Assembly (NCBI GenBank): GCA_036654695.1 | Contig: JAVVRO010000001.1 | Location: 1-47,123, forward strand | Direction of reading: 5' to 3' | Length of the DNA: 47,123 nucleotides | Source: Angelakisella sp. | GTDB taxonomy: Bacteria; Bacillota; Clostridia; Oscillospirales; Ruminococcaceae | Shown here: positions 9,265 through 18,480 of the stretch, in pieces | Layout of the letters: each line of letters begins with the position of its first letter | How positions within the stretch are numbered: position 1 is the first letter of the stretch | Notes under the pieces: generated by a model | What the model was told of the DNA's origin: nothing | Seen by the model: the letters and a program-made list of their open reading frames with translations, nothing else | The model's database searches: none | Translations under genes and position numbers: made by a program

Positions 9265-11325
9265 TTACGAAAGCGAGATGTTACCCAACGCCTGAATCTG
9301 AATATTGGAGTCTATTTCGCTGAAGGAAAGCACCACCACATTGGGGTAGAACTGGTCAATCAGCTTTTTAATGTAAACGCGTACAATGGGCGAGGTCAAG
9401 ATAATAATGGAAGGTACCAGCTCCTTGACCTTGGCAATTGCGTCGCCCACGGCGGTCACAATGTCCTGTATGGTTTGCGGCTCCAGCGCAAGGTAGGAAC
9501 CGGTTTCCATCTTCTTTACCGAGCTCATGACGGTATTTTCAATCTGCGGGTCAAGGCTGATTACCTTGAGCTGACCGGCCTCGGCAAACTTGCGGGAAAT
9601 GCCGCGTTTCAGCGACTGCCGGACATACTCGGTTAGGATGTCGGTATCCTTGACGCTTGCACCGTAGTCCCCCAGCGTTTCCAAAATAGTTTCGATGTCC
9701 CGGATGGGCACGCCCTCCCGGAGCAGGTTTGCCAGCACCTTTTGCAGGTCGCCTACGGTAATCAGGTTGGGGATAATCTCATTCACCAGCGCCTCATTTT
9801 GCTTGCGCAGGTTGGTCAGGATGTTATTGACCTCCTGCCGGGTCAGCAGCTCGTGTGCGTGCTGCTTAATCACCTCGGAAAGGTGGGTGATAATCACAGA
9901 GGTGGGGTCGATGAGGGTGTAGTCCGCCAACTCGGCGCGAGCCTTATTTTCCTCGCTAATCCACTTTGCGGGAATGCCGAACGCCGGCTCGATGGTGTCA
10001 ATGCCCTCGATATCCTCGGTGGCATCGGCGGGTGCCAGTGCCAGGTAGTGGTCAATGAGCACATCGCCCACGGCGACCCGTTCGCCCTTTAGCTTAATGG
10101 CATACTGGTTAGGGTTTAGCAGGCCGCTGTCGGTAAGCCGTACCGAGGGGATAACCATGCCCATTTCGGCGGCAAACTGCTTGCGGAACATCACCACGCG
10201 GTCTACAAAGCTGCCTCCGCTTGCTTCATCCGCCAGCGGGATTAGGCTGTAGCCAAACTCCATTTCAATCTGCTCCACATGCAGCAGGCCGTAAACATTT
10301 TCAATGTTGCGGTAGTAGGTTGCTTCGCTGGCGACCTCCTCGGTGGGCACGGTCATTTCCTTGGCCAGCGGGGAGGCTGCTGCCGCGGTGCGACGCTTCA
10401 TGATAACCCCAAGCGTAATTAAAAAAGCAGACATGGTTAATACCTGAATGGGCGGAAAGCCGATAATCGCGGTACAGGCAATGACACTGCCCGCCAGAAT
10501 GAGCACCGTTGGCTGGGAGAGGAACTGCTTGGAAACATCCTCGTTCAGGTTATTTTCCGAGGCGCTGCGGGTTACAATCATACCGGTAGCCACCGAGATA
10601 AGCAACGCGGGAATTTGGGACATCAGCCCGTCACCCACTGTGGCGGTGGAGTAGATTTCCATAATTTCACGGGCACTGCCAGCGCCGTCCAGAAAGCCCA
10701 GTATCATGCCGCCAATGAGGTTAATAAATGCCACTAGGATGGAAATGATGGCATCGCCCTTGACAAACTTCGAGGCACCGTCCATGGAACCGAAGAAGTC
10801 CGCCTCCCGCTGGATTTTGGAGCGTCGCTCCCTTGCGGTGGCTTCGTCAATCAGCCCAGAGCTCAAGTCCGCGTCAATTGCCATCTGCTTGCCGGGCATG
10901 GCATCTAGGGTAAAGCGCGCCGAAACCTCGGCGACACGTTCCGAGCCCTTGGTAATAACCACAAACTGCACAATGACGATGATGAGGAAGATGATGAGTC
11001 CCACGACAATGTTGCCCTGAATAACGAACGCACCAAAGGTCTCGATAATTTTGCCGGCTTTTCCTTGCTCTGTCAGGATAAGTCGTGTGGAGGATATATT
11101 GAGCGCCAACCGAAATATGGTGGTGATCAGCAGGATGGAGGGGAAAATGGAAAATTCCAACGATTCCCGGATGTACATGGTGGTAAAGAGGATGATAACT
11201 GAAATAGTAAGATTGAGGATAAACATCATATCCAGCAGTGCCGGTGGCAGCGGGATGATGATGAGCGTAATAGCCAATATTACAAACAGCGACACTATGT
11301 TGTTGAAGGGTGAAAATTTTTTCAA
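9265..11325 (-). CDS. flhA: Flagellar export gate protein FlhA
   Basis: RLALNISSTRLIL, ITKGSERVAEVSARFTLDAMPGKQMAIDADL, FFGSMDGASKFVKGDAI. Confidence 0.98.
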   Translation of the reverse strand: MKKFSPFNNIVSLFVILAITLIIIPLPPALLDMMFILNLTISVIILFTTMYIRESLEFSIFPSILLITTIFRLALNISSTRLILTEQGKAGKIIETFGAFVIQGNIVVGLIIFLIIVIVQFVVITKGSERVAEVSARFTLDAMPGKQMAIDADLSSGLIDEATARERRSKIQREADFFGSMDGASKFVKGDAIISILVAFINLIGGMILGFLDGAGSAREIMEIYSTATVGDGLMSQIPALLISVATGMIVTRSASENNLNEDVSKQFLSQPTVLILAGSVIACTAIIGFPPIQVLTMSAFLITLGVIMKRRTAAAASPLAKEMTVPTEEVASEATYYRNIENVYGLLHVEQIEMEFGYSLIPLADEASGGSFVDRVVMFRKQFAAEMGMVIPSVRLTDSGLLNPNQYAIKLKGERVAVGDVLIDHYLALAPADATEDIEGIDTIEPAFGIPAKWISEENKARAELADYTLIDPTSVIITHLSEVIKQHAHELLTRQEVNNILTNLRKQNEALVNEIIPNLITVGDLQKVLANLLREGVPIRDIETILETLGDYGASVKDTDILTEYVRQSLKRGISRKFAEAGQLKVISLDPQIENTVMSSVKKMETGSYLALEPQTIQDIVTAVGDAIAKVKELVPSIIILTSPIVRVYIKKLIDQFYPNVVVLSFSEIDSNIQIQALGNISLS

Positions 11326-11340
11326 GCCAGTTACATCCTT

Positions 11341-12429
11341 TTATTCATTCGTCCGCTGCTGTTTGGCGGCAGGCGGTTTTTGCTTTTTTATGTTGTAGAC
11401 AAAGGCCAGTACCTCGGCGACCGGCTGGTAAAACTGTTCGGGAATTTCCATGCCAATCTCCACTGCTGCATACAGCCCCCGCGCCAGTGACACATTTTCA
11501 CTGACGGTAACCCCCGCCTGCTCGGCCACCTCCACAATGCGCAAGGCAATGCGGTCGGCACCCTTGGCTATGACACGGGGAGCGCGTCCGTTGTCTGGGT
11601 CGTACTTAATGGCAACGGCAAAGTGAGTCGGGTTACGCACCACCACATCGGCGGAGGGAACGCCCTGCATCATCCGGCTCATGGCCATTTGACGCTGCTT
11701 GTCCTTAATTTTGCCCTTGACCGCTGGGTCACCCTCGGTCTGCTTGTACTCCTCTTTAATTTCGTCCTTGCTCATGCGCAGATTCTTTTCGTACTCCCAC
11801 CACTGGTAAACGTAGTCGGCCACTGCCAAAAACACAAATACCGCGGCGGTGGCGTTAATCAGCGAGCTGATAATATCCCCCAGATAGACGGTAGCCTGCA
11901 TGGGGGTTACATCAAAAAGCTTGGGGAGCACCGGGAGTACCGTTTGCAGGTTGGTGTAGATAATGTAGGTGAGTACCGATATTTTAACAAGGGATTTGAG
12001 CAGCTCAACCAGTCCGCGGAGAGAAAACAGCTTTTTAAGCCCCGAAAGGGGATTGAGACGGCTAAACTTGAAGCCCATGCTTTTGGTGGTAATGAGGCCG
12101 CGGGTCTGGGCAAAGGTGACAACCACCGCAACCAGACAGGAAATACCCATCAGCGGCAGGGTGCAGATGCCGTAAGCAATCATGCTCTGGATAAAAAGCT
12201 GACGTCCGGTTTCCAAGGAGATGGTATTTATCGTTTCACCCAACTGCCAAAAGCGGCTAAGGGCGGTGGTTATCGCTTGTGCAATCATGGGAGAAAGCAT
12301 CTTGAGCGCGGTAAACATGATGAATAGCGAAGCGACAATGACAACTTCCTGACTTTGGAAGATATTCCCCTTTTTGCGTTCGTCCTGCTTGCGCTTGGGT
12401 GTCGCCTGTTCGGTTTTTTCCCCCGCCAT
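11341..12429 (-). CDS. flhB: Flagellar export switch protein FlhB
   Basis: EKTEQATPKR, LRMSKDEIKEEYKQTEGDP, autocleavage motif NPTH. Confidence 0.98.
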   Translation of the reverse strand: MAGEKTEQATPKRKQDERKKGNIFQSQEVVIVASLFIMFTALKMLSPMIAQAITTALSRFWQLGETINTISLETGRQLFIQSMIAYGICTLPLMGISCLVAVVVTFAQTRGLITTKSMGFKFSRLNPLSGLKKLFSLRGLVELLKSLVKISVLTYIIYTNLQTVLPVLPKLFDVTPMQATVYLGDIISSLINATAAVFVFLAVADYVYQWWEYEKNLRMSKDEIKEEYKQTEGDPAVKGKIKDKQRQMAMSRMMQGVPSADVVVRNPTHFAVAIKYDPDNGRAPRVIAKGADRIALRIVEVAEQAGVTVSENVSLARGLYAAVEIGMEIPEQFYQPVAEVLAFVYNIKKQKPPAAKQQRTNE

Positions 12430-12448
12430 GCCTTACCGCCCCCTTTCC

Positions 12449-13213
12449 CTAGGTCACCATGCCAAAGAGCGCCCGCTGCATATTTTCCAGCATGATGAGA
12501 ATGTAATTGTCTACAAAGGAAGCAATCGGTGTGGCAAAAACCAGCAGCAGCAGCATTCCCATCGCTATTTTTAGCTGCATGTTAATGACAAAAACGTGGA
12601 TTTGCGGAATCAGCCGCATCAGGATTCCCATCGCGACCTCCAAGGTAAACTCCGCCACAGCAAAGGGCAGCAGCAGCTTAATTGCCAGCCCAAAGGCCGC
12701 GATAAACAGCTCCGCCATCAGCCCGGAGATTTGCAGGTTCAGTCCCTCCACCCCCGCGGGAATAATCTGGTAGGAGCTGGCGAACAGCCGCAGCATTACA
12801 AGGTGACTGCCAGTTGCAAAAAAGTAGAGGACAAAGATAATGTTCAGCACATTGCCGGAGATAGAAATTTGCAGGTTGGTGCCGGGGTCAAAGACCTTGG
12901 CCATGGACATCCCGAACTGCATATCCATGAAGTCCCCCACAAAGAACAGCATGTAGTAAAATATCTGAAAGACAAAGCCGCAGACAAAGCCCACAAACAC
13001 CTCTCGGGCAATGGCCAACGCCATGTCCATGGGGACGTAGTCCGGTGCCGGGGTCACAATGCCCGCCAGCAGAATGGTCAGACAGAGTGCCAGTCCTGCC
13101 ACCACCCGGCGAGGCAGATTTTTGCGCGCCAACAGCGGCTGAAAGGCCAGCATGGAAACCATGCGAACAAAAACCAGCAAAAAGGTCTGAAAACCGTCAA
13201 ACTGTAGTGTCAT
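12449..13213 (-). CDS. fliR: Flagellar export protein FliR
   Basis: Hydrophobic; FLLVFVR, GDFMDMQFGMSMAKVFDP, RLIPQIHVF; position between fliQ and flhB. Confidence 0.95.
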   Translation of the reverse strand: MTLQFDGFQTFLLVFVRMVSMLAFQPLLARKNLPRRVVAGLALCLTILLAGIVTPAPDYVPMDMALAIAREVFVGFVCGFVFQIFYYMLFFVGDFMDMQFGMSMAKVFDPGTNLQISISGNVLNIIFVLYFFATGSHLVMLRLFASSYQIIPAGVEGLNLQISGLMAELFIAAFGLAIKLLLPFAVAEFTLEVAMGILMRLIPQIHVFVINMQLKIAMGMLLLLVFATPIASFVDNYILIMLENMQRALFGMVT

Positions 13214-13223
13214 GGCTGCATCC

Positions 13224-13487
13224 TCATAATGTCATCATCAGCCGGAACAGCCGGTCGACAAACTCGGAGAATATCTTAATCATCCAAGAACCCATAAACA
13301 GCAGCATCAGCGACAGCACAACCACCTTTGGTACAAAGGTCAGCGTTTGCTCGTGTATCTGCGTAGCCGCCTGAAATATGGCAACCACAAGGCCTATTAG
13401 CACGCTGACAATGAGCATCGGGCCGGCCAGCTTAAAGGCAACGGTCAGCGCGTCCTGCATAATTTGCAGTACCTGTCCTTCGGTCAT
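13224..13487 (-). CDS. fliQ: Flagellar export protein FliQ
   Basis: GLVVAIFQAATQIHEQTLTFVPK. Confidence 0.97.
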   Translation of the reverse strand: MTEGQVLQIMQDALTVAFKLAGPMLIVSVLIGLVVAIFQAATQIHEQTLTFVPKVVVLSLMLLFMGSWMIKIFSEFVDRLFRLMMTL

Positions 13488-13512
13488 GGCGCTACCTCCT
13501 TTTGTGGTTCAA

Positions 13513-14322
13513 TTAGTGAAAGCCGCGCACCAGAATGCCCATTAGCTGACTCCAGCCATCCACCATCAGGAACATCAGGATTTTAAATGGTAACGCAATC
13601 ATGGCCGGCGGCAGCATCACCATGCCCATGGACATCAGTACGCTGGATACCACCATGTCAATAATAAGAAACGGCAGGAAGATGAGAAAGCCAATGGTAA
13701 AGGCCTTCGTCAGCTCACTGGTAATGAAAGCAGGTACAATAATTTCCAGCCCCAGCCCGCTGAGCGTCTCCATGGCGGTTTCGTCGGTAAACTGCACATC
13801 GGTGCGGTTTGCTATGGTCAAAAACAGGTTCACCGACTTTTTGTCGGTCTGCCGAAGCATGAACTGCTTGATGGGTAGCACCGCTTTTTCCACTGCCTGC
13901 TCCTGCGTAATGGTACCTGCCTTGTAGGGTTGGTAGGCCGTGGTATTAATCTCGCCCAGCACCGGCATCATAACAAACAGGCTTAAAAACATAGCCAGTC
14001 CAATAATAATTTGGTTGGGCGGCGACTGCTGGGTTCCCAGCGCGTTACGCAAAAAGGAAATAACAATGACAATGCGGGTAAAGCTGGTCATCATGAGCAA
14101 AATGCTGGGTGCCATGGCAAGAATGACAAATAAAAATAGAATTTCCAGCGTGCCCAGTGCTCCGGTGCCGTCTCCGGCATTGGTGAAGTCCACCGTAATG
14201 CCCGCTGCGTAGCTTTGCACCGTCATCAGCAGCACCACAAGGAGTGCGGTAACCGCTGTCCAGCCCCCGAAAACAAGGAGTTGCTTTTTGAGCCTTGCTC
14301 TTGCCTGTGCAACCTCGCTCAC
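13513..14322 (-). CDS. fliP: Flagellar export protein FliP
   Basis: MMTSFTRIVIV, LRNALGTQQSPPNQI, PAFITSEL, MGMVMLPPAMIALPFK, DGW. Confidence 0.97.
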   Translation of the reverse strand: MSEVAQARARLKKQLLVFGGWTAVTALLVVLLMTVQSYAAGITVDFTNAGDGTGALGTLEILFLFVILAMAPSILLMMTSFTRIVIVISFLRNALGTQQSPPNQIIIGLAMFLSLFVMMPVLGEINTTAYQPYKAGTITQEQAVEKAVLPIKQFMLRQTDKKSVNLFLTIANRTDVQFTDETAMETLSGLGLEIIVPAFITSELTKAFTIGFLIFLPFLIIDMVVSSVLMSMGMVMLPPAMIALPFKILMFLMVDGWSQLMGILVRGFH

Positions 14323-14699
14323 AATTCATCGTCCTCCTTTTTTTTCAGGTGAGCCGCGCCTTTTTTAAACGCTTCGCCCAGCATCTCCGAAAACTCAGGG
14401 GGACGCTGTGCAGCCGACTGCTCCACAGCCTGGGAAATGTCACCCAGCTCGCACAAGAGTGCTACGCTGTTGCCTGACATCCCTACTAGCAAGTACCGGT
14501 TGGTTACCTGCACCAGCAACAGGCATTTGTCCTGCCCAATGACGGTGCGATCCAACACCTTAATGAGCTTGCCGGTGGTTTGCACCGACATTCTGCGACC
14601 CATCCAGCGGATTGTAAAAACGGCGGCTGCCAGCACAAAAAGCAGGGCGACCAACGCGGAACCCACTGTAAGCAGAGTCTGAAAGCCATCGCCCGGCAT
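14319..14699 (-). CDS. fliO: Flagellar biosynthesis protein FliO/FliZ
   Basis: N-terminal TM helix then IKVLDRTVIGQDKCLLLVQV...LLVG; located between cheY and fliP. Confidence 0.88.
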   Translation of the reverse strand: MPGDGFQTLLTVGSALVALLFVLAAAVFTIRWMGRRMSVQTTGKLIKVLDRTVIGQDKCLLLVQVTNRYLLVGMSGNSVALLCELGDISQAVEQSAAQRPPEFSEMLGEAFKKGAAHLKKKEDDEL

Positions 14700-15061
14700 C
14701 AGCCCAGTACCTTTGCAACCGTCTGTAGGATTCGGTCCTGCTTAAACGGCTTGACAATGAAGTCCAGCGCGCCAAAGCGAATGGCATCCACCACCATAGC
14801 CTCCTGCCCCATGGCAGAGCACATGACGACCTTTGCCCCTTTGTCCAGCGCCTTAATGGCCTGCAACGCCTGTAGCCCATCCATGTTGGGCATGGTAATA
14901 TCCATAATAACAAGGTCAGGTTTTTCGTTTTTATAGGTTTCCAGTGCAATTTCGCCATCGCCGGCCTCCAGCAGGTCGGTGTAGCCGCTGCCGGTAAGAG
15001 CATTTTTAATCATCATTCTCATAAACGCCGCGTCGTCAACAATCAATATTTTTTTGCTCAT
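14699..15061 (-). CDS. cheY: Chemotaxis response regulator CheY
   Basis: ILIVDDAAFMRMMIK, MDITMPNMDG, MCSAMGQ, FIVKPF; Bacillus-type CheY in the fliY-cheY-fliO position. Confidence 0.96.
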   Translation of the reverse strand: MSKKILIVDDAAFMRMMIKNALTGSGYTDLLEAGDGEIALETYKNEKPDLVIMDITMPNMDGLQALQAIKALDKGAKVVMCSAMGQEAMVVDAIRFGALDFIVKPFKQDRILQTVAKVLG

Positions 15062-15084
15062 AATGTAACAATCTCCTCATCAAT

Positions 15085-16431
15085 TTACTGTCTGTGTTCC
15101 AGCGAGCTTAGCAGCTCCTTGGTGCCTATAATTTCGGTAATGCGAACACCAAAATTATCATCCATTACTACTACGTCGCCTCTGGCAAACAGCTGTCCGT
15201 TGACTACTACGTCTACCGGTGCGCCTGCCTGTTTTTCCAGCTCAATCACCGTGCCTTGGTTAAACTCCATGATTTCCTTAATTTTACGCTTGGTCGAACC
15301 AATTTCGACCGAAACGCTGAGCGGGACATTCATAATCAAATCCATGTTTCCCGAAAGCATTGCACTGCCCGCGCCAACGGTATAGGGCGAAAACTCCGGA
15401 AACTGAGCTGCTTGCACCCGCACCTGTGGGTGCTCCGCCGGATGCTGCGGCGGTTGGGGCTGGGGGTAGGGCTGCTGGGGTGGCTGGGAGTAGACGCTGT
15501 AGGGCGGCGGGTACCCGGGGTAGGGTGGGTAGTAACCCTGCTGCATGGCCGCCGGGTCGCCATAGGGTGCTTGCTGGGGGTAGGGCTGCTGGGGGTAGGG
15601 CTGCTGGCCATAGGGCGGTTGCTGCTGATAAGGCGGTTGGGCAGGCGGTGCCGCGGGTTGCTGTATGGGTGGCGGCGCCATCTGCGGTTGGGGCATTGGT
15701 GCCTGCATCTGGGGCTGTGCCGCAACAGACGGTGGCGGGGATGCCTGAGGTGGTGGCGGCGGTGCCGCTGCGGGCATCGGTGCCGGTGCGGGCGCGGCTT
15801 CTTCCCCGCCCAAAAACTGTCCGACAATGTTTTTTGCCAGCTCGCAGGTAATGACGCTGACAAATTCGGAGTCCATAATGTCGCTAATCTTCATGCTAAA
15901 CAGCACTGCGACAATGGGTACATCGGTACCCAAACCTACTGCATCCACAAAGGTGGCGTTGTCCGACATGACCGTAGCGGTGGGTGTGCTAATGTTGATG
16001 GGTTTGCCCAAAAAGTTGGACAGTGCAGTCGCCGAGGAGCCCATCATTTGATTCATAATTTCGCAGGCGGCACTCATGCTCAGGTCATCAAATACAAAGT
16101 TGTCATTGGGCGGCTCGTCAATGCCCATCAGCTGATTTAGAATCAGCTGCATATCCTTTTGACTGAACACCATGACATTGGACCCGGAAATTCCTTCCGT
16201 ATAGGTAATTTTAACCACCAACGCCGGTTCCAACTTGGCAAAATCAATATTGCCCACGTTTTTTACAGTCACCTTTGGGGTAGTTATCATCACCTGCTTG
16301 TCCAGCATTGAAGAAACAGCGGTTGCCGCTGAGCCCATACTGATGTTGAGGACCTCTCCAATGGCGTCTATTTCGATGTCAGTGAGAGTAAATGCACCCT
16401 CATTCTGTAAATCAGTTCCCATTATAGCCAT
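15085..16431 (-). CDS. fliY: Flagellar motor switch phosphatase FliY (CheC-like domain plus FliN/SpoA domain)
   Basis: GEVLNISMGSAAT and CEIMNQMMGSSAT ExxN motifs; C-terminal VPLSVSVEIG...ARGDVVVMDDNFGVRITEI. True start may be 16422. Confidence 0.95.
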   Translation of the reverse strand: MAIMGTDLQNEGAFTLTDIEIDAIGEVLNISMGSAATAVSSMLDKQVMITTPKVTVKNVGNIDFAKLEPALVVKITYTEGISGSNVMVFSQKDMQLILNQLMGIDEPPNDNFVFDDLSMSAACEIMNQMMGSSATALSNFLGKPINISTPTATVMSDNATFVDAVGLGTDVPIVAVLFSMKISDIMDSEFVSVITCELAKNIVGQFLGGEEAAPAPAPMPAAAPPPPPQASPPPSVAAQPQMQAPMPQPQMAPPPIQQPAAPPAQPPYQQQPPYGQQPYPQQPYPQQAPYGDPAAMQQGYYPPYPGYPPPYSVYSQPPQQPYPQPQPPQHPAEHPQVRVQAAQFPEFSPYTVGAGSAMLSGNMDLIMNVPLSVSVEIGSTKRKIKEIMEFNQGTVIELEKQAGAPVDVVVNGQLFARGDVVVMDDNFGVRITEIIGTKELLSSLEHRQ

Positions 16432-16449
16432 TCCTTCCCTGACGCACCC

Positions 16450-17442
16450 CTAGTGCTTGATAAGATTGGTAAGCTTGACCGCTTTTTTCGTCTTGACGCT
16501 GCCCAGTTTTGCAAAAAACCACGGCACATTGTCTACCTGTATCCTGATGTCGCTGTTTACGTTTTTCCCCAGCGGAATGACATCGTTAATCTGTAATTGC
16601 AAAACGTCGGTCAAGTCCAGCTGGATTTCGTCCACAACGGCTTTCAGCTCCAGGTCGGACTTGTCCAGCGCTGCCTGAAGCAGCTGCTTGCGGACAAACT
16701 CTTTGTTTTCGTCGGTGGTGCGTTTGAGCATTCTGGTATACTTGGAAACAAAATCGCCCATCATCTCCTCCAGCGCGGCGGCCGGGATGCAGATTGTGAC
16801 CGTACCCTCCACCTTGCGGATGTGTACGTTGAGCGCTACAATGACCACAATGTCCTCCGGTGCGTAAATCTGGATTAACCGGGTATTGGTCTCCACGCTG
16901 CTTAGGCTGGCGGTCAGGTCAATATAATCCTTCCAAGATTCCTGCATGTAGTAGGCAAAGCGCTCGAACTCGTGGCGCATTATTTCTAGCTCAATCTCGC
17001 TGAATTCCCGTGTGAAGTTGTAGCTTTCCCCCGACCCGCCCAGCAGGCGGTCTATCATAAAAAATGCGATTTGCGGAGCAATGTCCACCAGCATGGTACA
17101 CTCATTCACGTTTTTATCCACCGGGCTAAAGTCGATGAGCCCAATGAGCGCGCTGTCGGGCAGGGCGTTATTAAATTCGTAGTAGCGCTGCTCCTCAATT
17201 TGCAACACCGTTACCTCGCAAAAGGCGCGCAGTACACCGGAAAAGTAGGAGGACAGCAATCGGGACAGGTTTTCGTGAAGGCTGTCCATGGTTCGCAGCT
17301 GTTCCTTGGTAAACTTTTTGGGCGACCGGAAGTCGTATTCCTTGATTTTTTTCCCTGCCGCTTGGGGCTCTTGCTCCACAGTGCCGGAGTCGATGCCCCG
17401 CAGCAGCTCATCAATTTGTTTTTGTGACAGTATGTCAGCCAT
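16450..17442 (-). CDS. fliM: Flagellar motor switch protein FliM
   Basis: CheY-binding peptide MADILSQKQIDELL, YDFRSPKKF, IDRLLGG. Start 17442 by RBS spacing; 17454 is the alternative. Confidence 0.96.
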   Translation of the reverse strand: MADILSQKQIDELLRGIDSGTVEQEPQAAGKKIKEYDFRSPKKFTKEQLRTMDSLHENLSRLLSSYFSGVLRAFCEVTVLQIEEQRYYEFNNALPDSALIGLIDFSPVDKNVNECTMLVDIAPQIAFFMIDRLLGGSGESYNFTREFSEIELEIMRHEFERFAYYMQESWKDYIDLTASLSSVETNTRLIQIYAPEDIVVIVALNVHIRKVEGTVTICIPAAALEEMMGDFVSKYTRMLKRTTDENKEFVRKQLLQAALDKSDLELKAVVDEIQLDLTDVLQLQINDVIPLGKNVNSDIRIQVDNVPWFFAKLGSVKTKKAVKLTNLIKH

Positions 17443-17487
17443 TGCTGTGCTCATTCCTTTCTATGCCGGGAAAGGCAATGGAATTAC

Positions 17488-18459
17488 CTAAGGCATTGGG
17501 ATTACGCTGCCGGAGCTTGACGGCGGCGGCGCGGAGGATTCCTTTGGTGGGGCTGCTGTGGAAGATTCCTTTGGCGGCGTTGCGCCGGAGGAGCTGCTAG
17601 AGGAGGCTTCCGAGCTGGAGTAATTCGGTATTACCACATCCGCCGGATGTAACTGGTCGTTAAACAGGTCAGAGGTTATGGTCGCATTAAGCAGCTTTTC
17701 CAAATCAGCCTGCGTACCCTCGGTGGTGGTGTTGCTTAAAATCATCAGCTCCACGCGGCGGTTGCGCTGGCGTCCTTCTTCGGTTTTGTTTTCGGCAATG
17801 GGATAGTTTTTGCCATAGCCGCTGGCAGTCATTTTACCCGCCGGTACCTGCGCCTTGGTTTCCAAAAAGCTGACCACGCTGCCGGCACGCCCACTGGACA
17901 GATACCATTCTGAAATGCCGTGGAAGTTCGGCCCCAAGTCAGCAGTATGGCCGTTCACCCGAATCATCATAATCTGATCCTGAAGGCTGTGCAGGCACAT
18001 CCCCAAAAATTCCAGAATCCCCTCCGACCCGGGCATGAGCTCTGCTTTGTCCGGCTGGAAGAAAATGCTGTCCTGAAACCGGATATATACTGTATTCGCA
18101 CCGCTTTTTTCTACGGTGACGGTACTCTCCATGTCGTTTTCTTTGACATATTCGCTGATGTATTCATACAGCTGTTCAAAGCTGACCGGTGGAATTTCAA
18201 TGTTCACCTTTTCGTCAATCACTTCAGCCTGTCCGGCGTTAACCGCAACATCGTTGCCATTGCCGTCCGTGTTCAAAATCAGCTGCATCGTTTCATTGCC
18301 CCGGGACTGAAAGGACTTTACCAGCATGGCAAACTTTTCCGCATCCACAGAGGACATGGCGAACAGCATTACAAAAAAGCACATCAGCAGTGTCACTAGG
18401 TCGCCATAGGTGTCCATCCAGCTGTAACCTGAGCCTTCGTCCCGATTCTTTCTTGCCAC
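17488..18459 (-). CDS. motB: Flagellar stator protein MotB/MotS
   Basis: WMDTYGDLVTLLMCFFVMLFAMS with conserved Asp; OmpA-like domain (VNGHTA, LSSGRA, NRRVELMI); Ser/Pro-rich tail. Confidence 0.96.
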   Translation of the reverse strand: MARKNRDEGSGYSWMDTYGDLVTLLMCFFVMLFAMSSVDAEKFAMLVKSFQSRGNETMQLILNTDGNGNDVAVNAGQAEVIDEKVNIEIPPVSFEQLYEYISEYVKENDMESTVTVEKSGANTVYIRFQDSIFFQPDKAELMPGSEGILEFLGMCLHSLQDQIMMIRVNGHTADLGPNFHGISEWYLSSGRAGSVVSFLETKAQVPAGKMTASGYGKNYPIAENKTEEGRQRNRRVELMILSNTTTEGTQADLEKLLNATITSDLFNDQLHPADVVIPNYSSSEASSSSSSGATPPKESSTAAPPKESSAPPPSSSGSVIPMP

Positions 18460-18480
18460 GTTGTTCCCCCCTTGCTTGCG

